Origin: Schizochytrium sp. TIO01
Taxonomy: Eukaryota; Protista; Bigyra: Labyrinthulomycetes
Assembly: GCA_004764695.1 (NCBI GenBank)
Contig: SMSO01000031.1
Span: forward strand, 1,898,436 to 1,962,435
Reading direction: 5' to 3'
DNA length: 64,000 bases
Below the pieces are notes generated by a model. That model was given only the letters and a program-made list of their open reading frames with translations. It did no database searches and was not told the DNA's origin. The position numbers and the translations under genes were made by a program. Positions 1-13,916 of this stretch are shown piece after piece. Position 1 is the stretch's first letter. Every line of letters starts with the position of its first letter.

Positions 1-1
1 A

Positions 2-48
<47 letters not shown>

Positions 49-50
49 AT
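1..50 (+). repeat. (ATAA)n microsatellite, truncated by window start
   Basis: Perfect ATAA tandem run. Confidence 0.95.
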
Positions 51-569
51 ACATGCGGAAAGTAAACCTCAAGTTTGGTGAAGTCATGATTTATTTCTTT
101 AGTGCGAGTGCGAATGTTCTGTCCCATGACATCGATGATGATAATGATGATGATTTTCCAGGCTCCATCCATCAAGTTGTCGTTGTGTGTAACGTTTATT
201 TTCTGCCAGAGTATACTTTACATGACGGTACTATTAATGCTATGCTTGAATGATTTAAAAGCCTAAAGTTTTGTCTATTCCAGTGGATGTAATTTCCAAT
301 GTAATATTCTTCACGTTAGCTTTTCTTATTTTTTTATCTTATTTTTTTTACAAACCTTTATCATCTTATTATGTTTCTTTGCTAAGCGCAAATTGAAATT
401 CTTCGCCTAGAAGAACGCTGATCGTTTTTTTTTGTTTTGGAATGATAATAGTTTATCTTTCTTCACGCTGGTCGTTATTCGCTCAATGAAGATTATACTC
501 TAGCAGACGAGAATTTCATGTTTATTTCTATACATACATATATAGAGAGAGAGATATCAAAGAAGGTTT

Positions 570-667
570 AGAAAAGAAAAGAAAAGAAAAGAAAAGAAAA
601 GAAAAGAAAAGAAAAGAAAAGAAAAGAAAAGAAAAGAAAAGAAAAGAAAAGAAAAGAAAAGAAAAGA
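570..667 (+). repeat. (GAAAA)n pentanucleotide microsatellite
   Basis: About 19 tandem GAAAA units. Confidence 0.95.
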
Positions 668-1799
668 GAAGAGAAGACACATTGTAATGTGCAAAGACAT
701 TCAACATTTTCAAAGCCGTATCATGGTAAATATACGATTTTTATTTTTAAAATGTTATTATTTAAAAAAAAAAAGAAAAAAAAAAAGGAGAACATAGTTA
801 TTTGTTTTATAATTTTTATCTATATTTATTTAAAACTAAACTATAATAATAATAAAACTAAATTAGAAACATCATCCCTCATTAGAGTTTCTAGGTGCCT
901 ACCTACACACAAACACGTAGGCAGAATACATTATAGAGCATGATTTGTTTATTGCTTGCAGCCTCTAGAGGTATCGTATCCAACTATTACCCCAGGAGTT
1001 AGTTAACCGTGTAGTCTATCTATCTAAAACTAATAATAACCAAATGGTGCGCCTAAGCGAGGGTAGTCTCATACTAGCTAGCTATTGCCTCTATGTGGAT
1101 ACAATGTTTGACTTCAGTTTATCATGCATAACATTGGCTCTACAAATTACAATCCTTCAGCCACTCGCTCTGCCGGTGCCTGCAACTGGTTTCATCTCCA
1201 GTCAATTAAAAACTGCCGTTTCTCAACCTCAGGGAGCCTCTTGACAGGGCTCTGACCTGCTTCAAGCTAGAGTCTACCCAGCTGTGTACGGAGACATTGC
1301 AAAATTGCAAAGCCGTCCACATTACCCGGAAAGAAAAGAAAGAACAGAATGCGAACAAGTTACGAAGAACAGCAGTTTATTGTCAACATAGGTTAATACA
1401 GCATATGAGCGCTTGCCTTCTTTACATCCGCCCTGGCCAGACAGCCAACTTATGCATCATGTCAACCCCAAGGTCTGTTAATTAGAAATGCATGACTTGT
1501 TCTATTATTACGATTATTTTCCTACTTTTAAGTTTTTATAAATATACAATTTCTTTTCGAGGTACTAGTCGGGCTATTCTTGATGCTGTAGTAGTTTTAT
1601 GTCTTGTAAGTATTTTATTACTATAGGTAGGTTGGTTCTTTGTTTCTTTACTTATTTATTTCTTCATTTCTTCACTCATTTCTTCATTCATTTCTTCATT
1701 CTATACACTATAGGGGTATGTAGGATATAAAGAGATACTTAAATATACTAAAAACACTACCTGTACCTACCTAAAACTGCCTCCGTTTTAAAAGTCTAC

Positions 1800-1869
1800 T
1801 TATTATTATTATGATTATGATTATTATGATTATGATTATTATGATTATGATTATGATTATTATTATTAT
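1800..1869 (+). repeat. (ATT/ATG)n compound trinucleotide repeat
   Basis: Mixed ATT and ATG triplets in tandem. Confidence 0.9.
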
Positions 1870-4029
1870 CAAATAGTAAAAATAGACTTCAAAATAGGCT
1901 GATTTTAGAGAATGGAGATGAAAAGCGCCAAGATGTTTATCGTCTCTCCCAGGAAGCTTGCACATTCTACGACACAAATGCGCAGTGTGCCTGCCCGATC
2001 AAATCGAGGAACTGACATCGTCCAGAGGGGTCTGCCAGAGCACTCTGGCACAGCTGTTGTGCAGCGTTGCGGAGTTATGCTTCTTCTTCTTCTTCTTCTT
2101 CTGCTGCCGCTGTGCCGCGTGCGCGCACTTTAGAGCAGGCTGCATGACGACGACCGCTCTGGTCGTTCCGATGGTCAGTTGGCCAGCCAGCTGGTCGCCC
2201 TGGGATGAGGCCTCGCCCTCTCGCTCGCTCGCGGAGGACCACGACCCACGGCCCACCCGAGGCCTGGGCGTCTGCCTCGCCTCCTCGCGTGTCGGTCTCC
2301 ATCGCTGGAGAATGAATGGGTCGGGGAAACTCGAGTTGGAGCTCGCTTGAGTTGGAGGAGGTCCCTCTCGAAAGAACATTCGCTGAGGTTGCGGATGTAA
2401 TCGTGCAACACATGGATGGATGGACTAAATGACGTGTAGCTTTGAAGTGGCATGTGTGCCCACTTCAGTTGACCTTGGTTGGCATCTTATCCGCTGCCTG
2501 AAATGCCTGCCCTGCGGTCTCTAAATGTACAGGATTACCTTCAAACCTCTGCAGACAAGCGCATAAAGCCGGGTACGTTTGCCACAAGAGCTTCGCGCTA
2601 CAAGCAGTACAACGTGTGGTTCAAACCTGTAGCAGTGCCAGAGCGTTTATAAAGATGATGAACTAGTGCGGAGCGCGTTTGCAGCAGGAATGTGGGTCAG
2701 GCCTGACTCGAGTGCAGCGCGCAGCCGTCTTGGCTTTCCCATTGTAGTCGCCCAAGATTCTCGTCTGCTGAGAACCTTGCTTGCGGCTACAAAGAACGCT
2801 TGTCTTTTGCAAATCAACCAACTGTGTTCTGACCGTCCACGACATAGTTCAATGGTGCCAATGACCTCTTACTTTGACAGGCTATCCAGGGATTCACTCC
2901 ACTCAAGATGGTTTGCAGATACTGCAGCGACTTGAGCTGTCAAAAGGATGTAGGCACCTCGGTGCCTACCTGCTGTCTCACCAGAGGTGATTTACTGCTT
3001 GTCGGTGATGTGATTTCACGATTTGATGGGTTCTCATACCTAGCTAGGCGTCAATTTGTCTGCTCCCAACAACACTCTGTTTGGATGATATCATGTTGTC
3101 TTGCTATTATTATTGCTAGTTTCGACTCTTTGAGGCTTGTTCCCTACTACAAGAGGCGCACCTGGTGAGTGATAGGGGATTGGTCTCTCTCTCCATGTGG
3201 ATGTGACTATACGAATGGCTTTAGGTCTGCAAATGTGCAAATGCGATACAGCGTTTCGTTTGTTTCTTCTTTCTTCTTGTCTTTTCTTTTCCCTTTATTT
3301 ACAACCCTTGGAACGAAAGTAAAAATAGGAAGTGAGAGAGAGAGAGAGAGAGAATGAGAGAGAAAAAAAACAAACTGAATATAAGTAATATTAGCAAGCT
3401 TTTCTGCAATCCTCTCCATGTATAAAATATATTAATAATAATACTAGTTATTATTGTTAGTGTTATTGTAATTGTTACTGTTGCTGTTACTAGGTTAAAA
3501 AAATATTAAAAAATAAAAAACTAAAATAATAACCCATAACAACTTGAACGTGAAGAGTTTTCTCATTTATTATTTAATTATTATTTTTTAATTGTAAAGT
3601 TTAAAAGTTTAAAAGTTTTGAAATTAAATATAAACCTTGGACACGCCAAGGTGTTAGCTAGCTCCTTCGTAGTAAAAACTCTTTCCCCTGTATTCTTCTT
3701 CTTTTAGCAGGAGATTTACCTATGATTGGTTTATGAAACAATCAACGAAACGCGTTCTCTTTAAAAAGTATGCCTAGCTTGTCTAGGCGTGGTTGCTTGA
3801 CGATGATGTTTCGCAGCCTTAAAGCCACCACATTGTTCCGAGCTTCTTCTACAGGCAACGCGTGGAGTTAGCTGAGTCTGGCATGCTGCTACAAATATCC
3901 CATCGCCAAAATTTTAAATGTACAGCAAGACTGTTCCTAACTCACCTAGCAGTGAATGCATTATACACAGCACCAGGGTAGTACATACATTCCAACAAAT
4001 TCCAACAAATTCCAGCAAATTCCTGCAAT

Positions 4030-4441
4030 ACCATATATTACAATACAATACCATGCCATACAATACCATACATTACAGTACATTACAGTACATTATAGTA
4101 CAACACATTACAGTACAATACATTACAGTACAATACATTACAGTACAATACAATACATACATACATACATACATACATACATACATACATACATACATAC
4201 ATACATACATACATACATACATACATACATACATACATACATACATACATACATACATACATACATACATACATACATACATACATACATACATACATAC
4301 ATACATACATACATACATACATACATACATACATACATTACATTACATTACATTACATTAAATTACATTACATTACATTCCATTCCAATGCATACCAATG
4401 CGATACCATACCATACCATACAATACAATACAATACAGTAC
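4030..4441 (+). repeat. Compound microsatellite with (TACA)n core and TACAA/TACCA/TACAT/TACAG flanks
   Basis: Perfect TACA run at about 4154-4338, flanked by related pentamer and decamer units. Confidence 0.95.
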
Positions 4442-5719
4442 ATACTCTCCTCCTGAGGCTTCCTACATAATCCAGGATACCTGCTCTCTCTCGTGAAGGA
4501 TGATGAAGGCGTAAAGGATCAGGCGCCTCGCAGCAGCTCTCCGCACGCTCTCTCGCCGCCAGAGTAGTCTTCATTTCCCCATAGAAAGCAACTCGGACTG
4601 CGAGAACGCAGAGCAAAAGTCCCTCCGTCGAATTAGCTCAAGATCGCACGTACTGAGACTTTGCTCGCACGTACTCGATCGCCTCGGAGAAAGATAAAAA
4701 CCTAAAAGCAATACTCACAGAAACAAAATGCCGACGAGAAGCGAATGGCTACACTCCCAAAACGCAAATGTACAGCGGCGAAGCTCAGCAACGAAATACA
4801 GCGGCAAGAAGAAACATCGAGAAACACGCATTCGCACACCCGCCCTCATCATCAAAGGCCATTCGGAAACCCATGTATAGAAAACAAAAAGTCTCTCCCT
4901 GTTTCACCTTTCTGTGCGTGATCTTTTATGATTTTTATTTTATTTTATTTTATTTTATTTTATTTTATTATTTTGTTTTAGCTTGTTCTTTCGTATCTAC
5001 TATATCAGACACCAAACCCCAAACGCTCTGCGAGGCGTGCATGCGGCTAGGTACCATGGTGGGTGGATGTGCTTCTTTTGCTTGCTTGCTTACTAGAGCC
5101 GCTATGTAACGCCAAAGGACGCAGCGGGCTAGCCAATTCCATTTTAAATGAGTTTTTTTCCTTCTTTCTTTCTTTTCTCTCTCTCTCTCTCTTTCCAAGG
5201 CTTGCTTCGGAGTGAATAAATATAATATCTAGTGGCAAAGGCGTGAGAATGAACAGGCCACCGTCACCTGGCAGCGCGCCTGCGCTTGCTTGCACTCTGG
5301 GCGAGCTGGACTCACGACGCCAGGCTCGGCGGTGCGAGATCAGCTTGTCGGCCGTCCTCGAGAGCGCTTCGGCGGCCTCGCGCCTCGGTCTCAGACCTGT
5401 CGAGCCTCGCAGTTTGTGCGACTGCCTGCCTGACTGACTGATCGATCGATCGGTTGACCTCGCTTCGTCCTCTGCGGCGCCTATAGAAAGCAGAGATGTA
5501 CCGATAAAGAAGCTGTCCTCAGTTCTCTGCTTCTCTTCACAAGCTGGAGCGAACCTACAGCTTTCTGTGTACGGAGCGAAACTTCCTCTGAGATCCTAGA
5601 GGTCAGTGTAACTTGGTGGCGAAACAGCTTCACTGCGGGAGGATTATCCCTCCACCCAAGAGGCCTTGAAGGATAAGAGCATAATTGACACGCTACGCGC
5701 TCTTCAAAGTCCAACCATA

Positions 5720-5903
5720 CACTCACTCACTCACTCACTCACTCACTCACTCACTCACTCACTCACTCACTCACTCACTCACTCACTCACTCACTCACTC
5801 ACTCACTCACTCACTCACTCACTCACTCACTCACTCACTCACTCACTCACTCACTCACTCACTCACTCACTCACTCACTCACTCACTCACTCACTCACTC
5901 ACT
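5720..5903 (+). repeat. (ACTC)n microsatellite
   Basis: About 46 perfect tandem units, followed by degenerate (CTGA)n. Confidence 0.95.
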
Positions 5904-6607
5904 CTCTTAATCGCTCATCTCACTCACTAACCAACTGACTTAATAGCTGACTGAATAGCTGACTAACTGACTGACTGACTGACTGAGTGACGACTGACTG
6001 ACTCAGGACTGAGCGCCCAACCGACCTGCTGCTGACTCCGCAGCGCCTCTTCAGAGAAGACAGCCAGGATGAAGAAGGCACGCTCCCGTACCGCTCCCAG
6101 GGGCGCGGCAAAGGCGCGGAAAGGTCACCTTGGTCTAGCTAGCTACTACAGCGAGCGAGCTCGGTCGAGAGAAAAGGACAAAAGCAAAGAGGGAAGAAGA
6201 CAAACACAAAGAAAACTATCTGTGTACCTGTGATCAACAGTTCTGCGGTCGTCTGTCGCTTTGGCGCTGCTCACACCTTCTTTTCTTGATACTTTCGTTG
6301 AATGAATGAATGAATGAATGAATGGGTGAGTGCGCTTTTGCTCTCGCTCCCGGCCTTCACTACTCTACTCACTTCGCGCTAGATCCTCGGTCGCTTTCCG
6401 CTCGCTCTCCGGCTGTGCCGCTGCTGCCGAGGCCTGGCTGCCTGTCATCTGACAAGCTCAAGCGCTCCAGCTCTCCGCCCCGCCGCCACTGGAGGAGGCT
6501 CAGTCAACTCAACTCCTCTCCGATGATTCTTGTTTTCTAGCTAGCTAGATAGAGAGATGGGTAGCTTGGCGCTTGCAAAAGCCGCCGCCGGTTCTGCTTA
6601 CCTCATC

Positions 6608-6865
<258 letters not shown>

Positions 6866-7902
6866 CGTATCTATTTCTATACTTGGATCAAAATATTCTA
6901 TGGGACTCATTCACGCACTGATTGTTACTTTCGCAAAAACTAAAACAATCGTTCACCACCCCAACCCGCTCAGGACCCAAAGCACCAGTCACCACTGCCC
7001 TCCCTTACTTTCCAGTTATTATTTCGGCACCACCGTTTGCTATGCTAGCCAACAACCAACTCCCGGCGAACTCGCAGCGCAGAAAGAGAAAGAAGCGTCG
7101 GTGGTCGTCGCTCCATCTCCGCCAGCAAGCGTCCGGCAGCCCCGCCGCCTCGGCTTCAGCCTCTTGGATCATGTCTTCTTCTTCGGCTGGCTGGCTGGCT
7201 TCTCGCCCTCATTCATTTCTTCTTTCGAGCGGCGGGCCTTTTCTTGGCATCGTCGCACTTGCTTCGAGTCATATTCACAAGCAGGGTCCCCGCAGTCCTT
7301 CTTCGCGGGGATCTACCTGTGGGGAGTTAGCGGCGCGTTTTGAGACTTACAAGCAAGAAAAGACTCCGTCTGCTTTCGCCTTCCTCGCCTTCTTGCCAGC
7401 GTGCTTCTCGCTGCGACAGAGAGTTTGTTCGAGAGCGGCCGGCTTGGCCTCTTCTATTATCTCGTTGCTTCTTTCTCGTCGCTTTCTTTCTTGTCGCTTT
7501 CTTTCTTGTCGCTTTCTTTCCTGTTGCTTCTTCCGCGGCAGTTCTTTCTGCTCCCGATAATACTGAGGATGATGAAGAATCTCTCGCTCATGCGCTCGAT
7601 GACAGAGAGCCTCGAGAGCTTTCGTACAGGAGACGTGGTTGAATGAAATCTCTCTCGCAGTGTAACGCAGAAGAAGAAGCACCAGCAGAAGAAGAGGCCT
7701 GCCTGGGCACGGGCCTCCGCAACTTCCACAGGAGCTCATGTACGTGCTTCTGATGCATGCCATGCTTCTTTCACAGGTTGTAATTTGCCGGAGCAAGGCC
7801 CCAATGAACGCTCAGCGCAAGGCCACGCTCGTCCTTGGGAGCTCAGCCGAGACGGCCAAATCACTCGACCCTCTTCGCGGTCTCTTGGATGGCCACGGCT
7901 CC

Positions 7903-8018
7903 GATGAAGATGAAGATGAAGATGAAGATGAAGATGAAGATGAAGATCAAGATAGAATATCAAGTTTAAGATCAAGTTCAAGATCAAGTTCAAGATCAAG
8001 TTCAAGATCAAGATCAAG
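7903..8018 (+). repeat. Hexamer repeats (GATGAA)n and (CAAGAT/CAAGTT)n
   Basis: Two adjacent hexamer arrays. Confidence 0.85.
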
Positions 8019-11000
8019 ACCGCCGTGAACTTGCGGGGAGAGAGCCAACGTCTCGGTGGCGGCGCCATCTCCAGCTCTTGAGGTCACTGTCACAAACCAA
8101 CAAGACCACCTTCCGAGCGGCCATCATCACCCGCATCGTCGTCGTGGTGATCGCTGTGATGCATGGAGTGGACATGGAGTGGACGCAGTTCTTCGGCAGA
8201 TTCCCGCTGGCTTTGTCCGTGGAATATGGCAAACTCGTCCACTTTCTGAACAGACAGAAAATCTGTCTGCGTCGGCAATAACTTAAGCTCCTTCGTCAGT
8301 CTGCTTGCTTGCTTTCTTGCTTTGCGTCGACAGCTCAGCTCAGCTCAGCGCAGGGAGCGAGTTGATAAACCTGCTGGGATTCATCAATCGATCGATGAGT
8401 TGGTTGGTTGGTTGGTTGCCCATTCCACAGGTGACAGCGCGTAGCAGCCCAAAACCGAATCAAGTGGATTCGTCCGTGTCTAGAGAGTAGAGCACTCTGC
8501 TTCGAGATGTGGATGCAACAGCTTTCTCGGGTGCCAGCCATCAGCTCACAAAGTCCACAACAAGCCTGCCATGGAGGACCTTAACGGAGCGGCGAGTACC
8601 TATCAGCTCGCAGTTCATTTTGCCGGCAAAGAGGTGGGGGTTTATTTGTAGTAGTACATCCTTCGTGCCAGCTTTCAGAAGGAAAAGTGAAAGAATATTT
8701 CTTCAAAAGTGATCTACATCTCGGAGCGAATTCTTTAGGGGAATGAGAGAAGAAGAAACTCATAATGGCAAGAAACGGTGACCTTCTAAGTGAGCTTTTG
8801 GAGAAAGCCTCAAATAGTTAGGCTGGCAAACTCTTTCCCTTTCCATGCCATAAAAAATAGATGAAATAAATGACATGGACAGAATTCGAGATTATATTTT
8901 TATTTTTTAGTTTATGCTGTGGCTGCTGTTTATTTATTTATGAATAAAATAAAATAAAGAATAAATAAAGGGAACTTATTTCCAAAGAGCTTTACAATTT
9001 TAAAATAAAATATTTTTTTCAATTGTATAAATAATAAATAATTTTAAATTGCTTTAGCAGGAAATATTATGGAAGAACTGAAATTGCATGAAAGAGGAAG
9101 TGAGAAAAAAATACCAAGCTAACAAAAGCGTAACTATTTCCCACATATTCTTTAAAAGTATTTTTTAATAACATATTGGTAATATGAGAGATAGAGTTTT
9201 AATTCTTCAAATGAGCTACCTAAAAGAATGTGAGTGGGTGGGTAGCATGTAGAGAGAGAGATAGGGAAAGAAAGAAAGAAGGACAGCAACAGAAGAGGCA
9301 GAAACAGTACGTACGTATGTGTTTGCTTGAGTAGACGCAAGGCCTTTTGATCGAGGAAGCTCGAGTCTTTCTTTCTTTCTTCTCTTCTCTTTTCTTCTCT
9401 TCGAGGACTTGGGTCATTATTAATGTGTATTCGTTTGGTTTTCTCGAGGCATAATTCTATGCGCCAAGTTATTCTGGGTTCATTCTTTTTTTTTTTTTTT
9501 TTTCTTTTTTTTCACTTCATTGAACGACGGTAGATTTGCTCAGAAACAACATTTGATTTAAAAATAAGTTACAATAAGACTTTGATTTAAGAAAAATATA
9601 TAAATAAAATAATGTTGTTACTCCATCTAGACAGACTCTTCCGCTTCCTGAGCTCGTTATAAAGGGAACAAAGACGAGGGGAAAAATCGGAAAGGAGAAC
9701 GAGGAGTCTTGCAATGGATTTACCTGTTCTCGTATCATGACACAGGCTCATTTATGTAGTGTAACATAATACGAGAATAAAGGCAGACGCGTGAAACGCA
9801 TAAGAGACGCTTAGTAGAGAAGAGGAGGGAAGAACTGATCCCTCCCTTCTCTTAACCTTGCAGTAGTGTGGTGTTCTTCTCAGAGAGAACACTAGGAGGA
9901 GGACTGCTAGTCTTTTCAAGTAAGGGACATTTTAAAACTAACTAAATCAACAAAATGTGAAGGTAAAGCAGGTGAAAAGAAAAGATAAAGAAAAGATAGA
10001 GAAAGCTTGATTTACTACATACAGCCTTAGCTATCTATGGCTGAGCACAGGCGCTTTATAAAATAAGTATGTATAGAAAGAGGCAGCGAGAATGATCGAA
10101 AGCGTGAGATCGTGAGCGAGCTGCCGTTGACACGAAGAGGCAGTGGACTTGCTTGAAAGATGGAGAAAACCGGCCTTGAAAGCGAGAATTGGGAGGCACA
10201 GGACCTGGTCAGCGGTGGTATCGAGGGGTTTTGGCAAGGCTGTCAGCAACCAAGGCTGGCCTTGCCGTCTGTTCTTTGGTGCGCTTACTTTCTTCTACAT
10301 CTCGCTGCGCATCATATGAACACAAAGAAAAAAGAAAGAAAAAAAGAAAGAAAAAAAGAAAGAAAAAAAGAAAAAAAAAAGAAAGAAAAAAAGAAAAAAA
10401 GAAAATAAACAAACAAATAAATAGGAGAAACATAGTGCTACCAATAAAGACTGGGCAGCAACTATGGTATTTCTCTCTCTCTCTCCCTCTCTCTCTGTTG
10501 GACTCTTTCATGGACTCTTTGGACTCTTTTGGACTCTTTGGACCCATTTTCGATCCAGTACTTTGGAGAGAGACAACTTTGAATCCTCTTACCATTCTTC
10601 GTGTTGCCCTGTTCCCTTCCTCCATCGCTGCCTCCTTTGGCATCTCTGCCGTCTCTCTGTCTTTCTGAAGAGCAGTTAACTACACATCGATCGATCTATC
10701 TCTATTTCTCTCTTTCTAAGGGCCTCGAGGTTTCTGCACGATTTGCAAATTTGCATTCTTGCAATATTAGGGCAACAAGAACATGCTCAAAGAGGCCAAG
10801 CTCAAGATCAACGAGAAGGCTGAGATTGGACCTGGTGCTTTTGAAACATACAGGGTCGAAGTCGAAGGCTTGAGCTTGCACCGCATGCAAATCCAAATGT
10901 AATCGTGAAGGCCTTCAAGATTGAATCCCAATTTGTGCTTGAACCCTCGTCCGTTCAGAGTTTTTTTGTTTTTTCTTTTTCTTTTTCTTTTTCTTTTTCT

Positions 11001-12329
11001 TTTTCAAATAAATAAATAAATAAATAAAATAGCGTTTTTAATATTTTCATTTTCATTTAAAGTTTAAAATACTCTCAAGAAGTAATAATGACTCCAATAT
11101 TTATTTATGACTCTACCAAACCAACTCGTGGAGGTTTTCCTACTCCTCACTATACGAGGGAGCTCTATCAGCACAAACAAACAAACCGCATTCCTCTTTG
11201 CCTCCCTCTCTCCCTTTTATACCCTCTCAGCGTCTTTCTTCTCTACAGACAACAATCATCACTTCTTCTTTGTCTTGCCTGTTTTTCTGATTTTCACTGT
11301 CCTTTATTCACTGTTTGCTTTTTTGTTTTTGTTTTTTCTCTCTCTCTCTCTTTCGTGCAAATTGGTATTTCTTTTTCTTCTCAGCAGCTGCAGCAGAGAC
11401 GGAAGGCGCGAGCAGCGTCGTGGAGCGGCAGAGGATCGTCTGCGCTCTCGGCTTCGCTCTCCGCGGTGGGTGGCCTGGCGGCTGCCTCCCTCCCTCCGCA
11501 ACGCGCCTTTCTCTCTCCCCTCGCATTCTCCTGCCTCGCCCTTGCGCCTGCTGTGAGGAGGGATCTCTTCTTGTTCATCCCTCCTTTGAGTCAATAGCTC
11601 GCTCAACCTCGCTGGTCCTCTCTTCCAGCCGTCTACCCGGCCAGTCTTCCTGCCTCTAGCCCAGACCTCGACTTGAGGCGTGTGGCTGGCTACGAGCCCC
11701 AGGATCGTCTTCGCTAGCAGCCTGAGCAGAGAGGGTGCTACTCCTTTGGCTTCGCTCAGTCTAAGGCACCTATCCACGTCTTTAATAGGACGGTGTCCTC
11801 TTCTTCTTCTTCTTCTTCTTCTTCTTCTTCTTGTTGATTATCTCTGGGGTCTTCGACACTATCTTCTTTGACGTGTTCATCTTCACTATTTCGACGAATC
11901 AAAGCGTCTTCCGCCGATTTGGCCTTTGCGGTCTTTTAGAAATCCTTATATTGCAGCCTTCTTCATTCATCTAAATTGGAAATCCGCCTCTTTGAAGAAT
12001 TCTTTGAGGACTTCCGGGGCCGCACTGACTAAGGAATTGCGTTACATCAACCGGTAAAAGAGCTGAAGCGCGCTCAGGGAAAACCTGGAAACAACTTATC
12101 TCCAGAGAACTCGACCGAGGTTTGGGATACAAGCGATTTCTGACGTGAACTGGGAAATTGCAAATTTGCAGGGTTTCCGGAAAACTTTTAGAGGACCTTG
12201 AAGAGCTGTTTAGGTCTGAAGAAGGAGAGACCGAAAGGTCAACTGCAACAGTTCCTCTGCGGCAAGGTGTGGTACTCTTAAGGGTTGTGGTGGTCATACA
12301 GATTGTAAAACCGGGTTGGATTGGTCTTC

Positions 12330-13048
12330 ATGGGTGACTATTCTCGCATGGGCGGCCAGCAGGCTGACCTTCTGCGGTCACTTCTGGATGAGGATGGTGA
12401 AATGCTGTCGCACTTAGACCCACAATCACTATTACAGCATCAACTCCAGCAGCATCAGCTCCAGCCTCATCAACGCTTGCTTAGCCGGCCACAACAACAG
12501 CACCAACTTCTCAGTGGGGCTGGTATGAATAGCATGAATATGAGCAACATGAACAGCATGAATAACATGAACAACATGAATAACATGAGCATGAATAACA
12601 TGGGTATGAGCAGCATGAGTGGTATGAATATGGGCAACATGAGCGGCATGGGCAGCATGGGTATGAACAGCAATAATGGTGGCGGAAACGGCGTCTCAAG
12701 GCCGCCGCCACCACCACCGATTGCACTGCAGCCTCAGCTCAGGCCACATGGTGTGCTATCAGGGATGTCGTCAACACACCCCTCAGGTTCAACGATACCA
12801 GGCAATGAGTCGTCTTCGTCACCTTCAATGGCTGGCGGGAACATGACAAACAATGGAACATTGCGGAATATTGGAGGTACTGGAGGAGGTCGAAAGTCGG
12901 CATCGAATGAGGCTGGTCGTGGAGGGGGTAACAACACTAAGCGACAAAGACGGCCCCAACGGCTTGGGGAGGGTCACGATGATGATCAAAATCAATTGGA
13001 TGGTAACAATGAGGCTCCCAATCGCCGTAATGGAAATAATCGCGGCGG

Positions 13049-13080
<32 letters not shown>

Positions 13081-13916
13081 ATGACGATGATGACAATGAC
13101 AATGGCGGCGGCAGGGGAGGTGGCCAGCATTCGTACTCCCAACATCATGGCGGCCACTTTCAGCATCACCATGCTCTTCAGCAGCATGGTCTGCAAAGCC
13201 GTACTCATCGTACTCTTGATGATGACGACGATGACAATGGGAACGAAGGCATCGATGGTATGCGACACGGTATGAACCCGCACATCCATAGGTCCAGCAG
13301 CGTTGGTTCGCAGATGAGCGATTCCATCTCTTCATCCACCTCAGGCCAACATGGTGTTGGCCATGAATATGGCAGAGGTTCGCGTATGATGTCTAGCGGA
13401 ATGGGTGATGGTGGGTATGGTGACCGATCTTCGAACCGCCGCCGCGGACCCAAACCAAAGGCTGCACCTGGTATGCAGAAAAGCTGCGGAATTCGAATTG
13501 ATGAGCTGCGAGCGCAGCGGATCTGTCGTGTCCTGGGTGTTGATCGGGTCTACAAAACAGATGTTGCTGCCCTGGTGGACTTTGCACTTGATCGGCTCGA
13601 AAGCACGCCGCTATACAACCGTCAAAATGGCATTCCTGGTGTTGAAACTGAGGCCTTACCCATGCCTGAATCGAAGTTGTTGCCCACTGCCTCTTTGCAG
13701 GATAGTATCAACGTTCATTCTCAAGCAGCAATCATCTGGAAAAGGCAATCCTACCATCACGCGGAGCGCGTCGCCAAGGAAATGAGACAGACCAAGTACA
13801 AGCGTCAATACAAGCATGCCAAGCGTAAGAGAGAGCTCCGCAATGACGAGCATCTGCGCCGAGTTTCTGGGGTTCCTCCTCCTCCCGGTTCTGAGGACCA
13901 AGACGGAATGCTTTAA
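12330..13916 (+). CDS. Low-complexity (Q/N/M/G/H-rich) protein with a small C-terminal folded and basic region; putative nuclear/DNA-binding protein
   Basis: Stop-free ORF of 528 aa from ATG 12330 (the listed ORF starts at TTG 12321). It has a Q-rich segment, MNNM repeats, a poly-Pro stretch, a compact amphipathic segment KSCGIRIDELRAQRICRVLG...DVAALVDFALDRL, and a basic NLS-like KYKRQYKHAKRKRELR. Confidence 0.85.

Noticed and set aside
1912-2453. Cluster of overlapping 70-130 aa ORFs
   Set aside because: A GC-rich island gives ORFs on both strands, with no recognisable domain or consistent frame
3918-4456. ORFs encoding (YIHT)n / (MYVC)n
   Set aside because: Translations of the TACA microsatellite, open in several frames on both strands
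5666-5938. ORFs encoding (HSLT)n
   Set aside because: Translation of the ACTC microsatellite
9816-9853. Imperfect inverted repeat (AGAGAAGAGGAGGGA...TCCCTCCCTTCTCT)
   Set aside because: Purine/pyrimidine low-complexity arms pair easily by chance; no supporting context
10160-10679. ORFs with poly-K or poly-F stretches
   Set aside because: Driven by A-rich and CT repeats
11088-11777. Several 110-170 aa overlapping ORFs
   Set aside because: Low-complexity promoter/UTR-like sequence with no domain evidence
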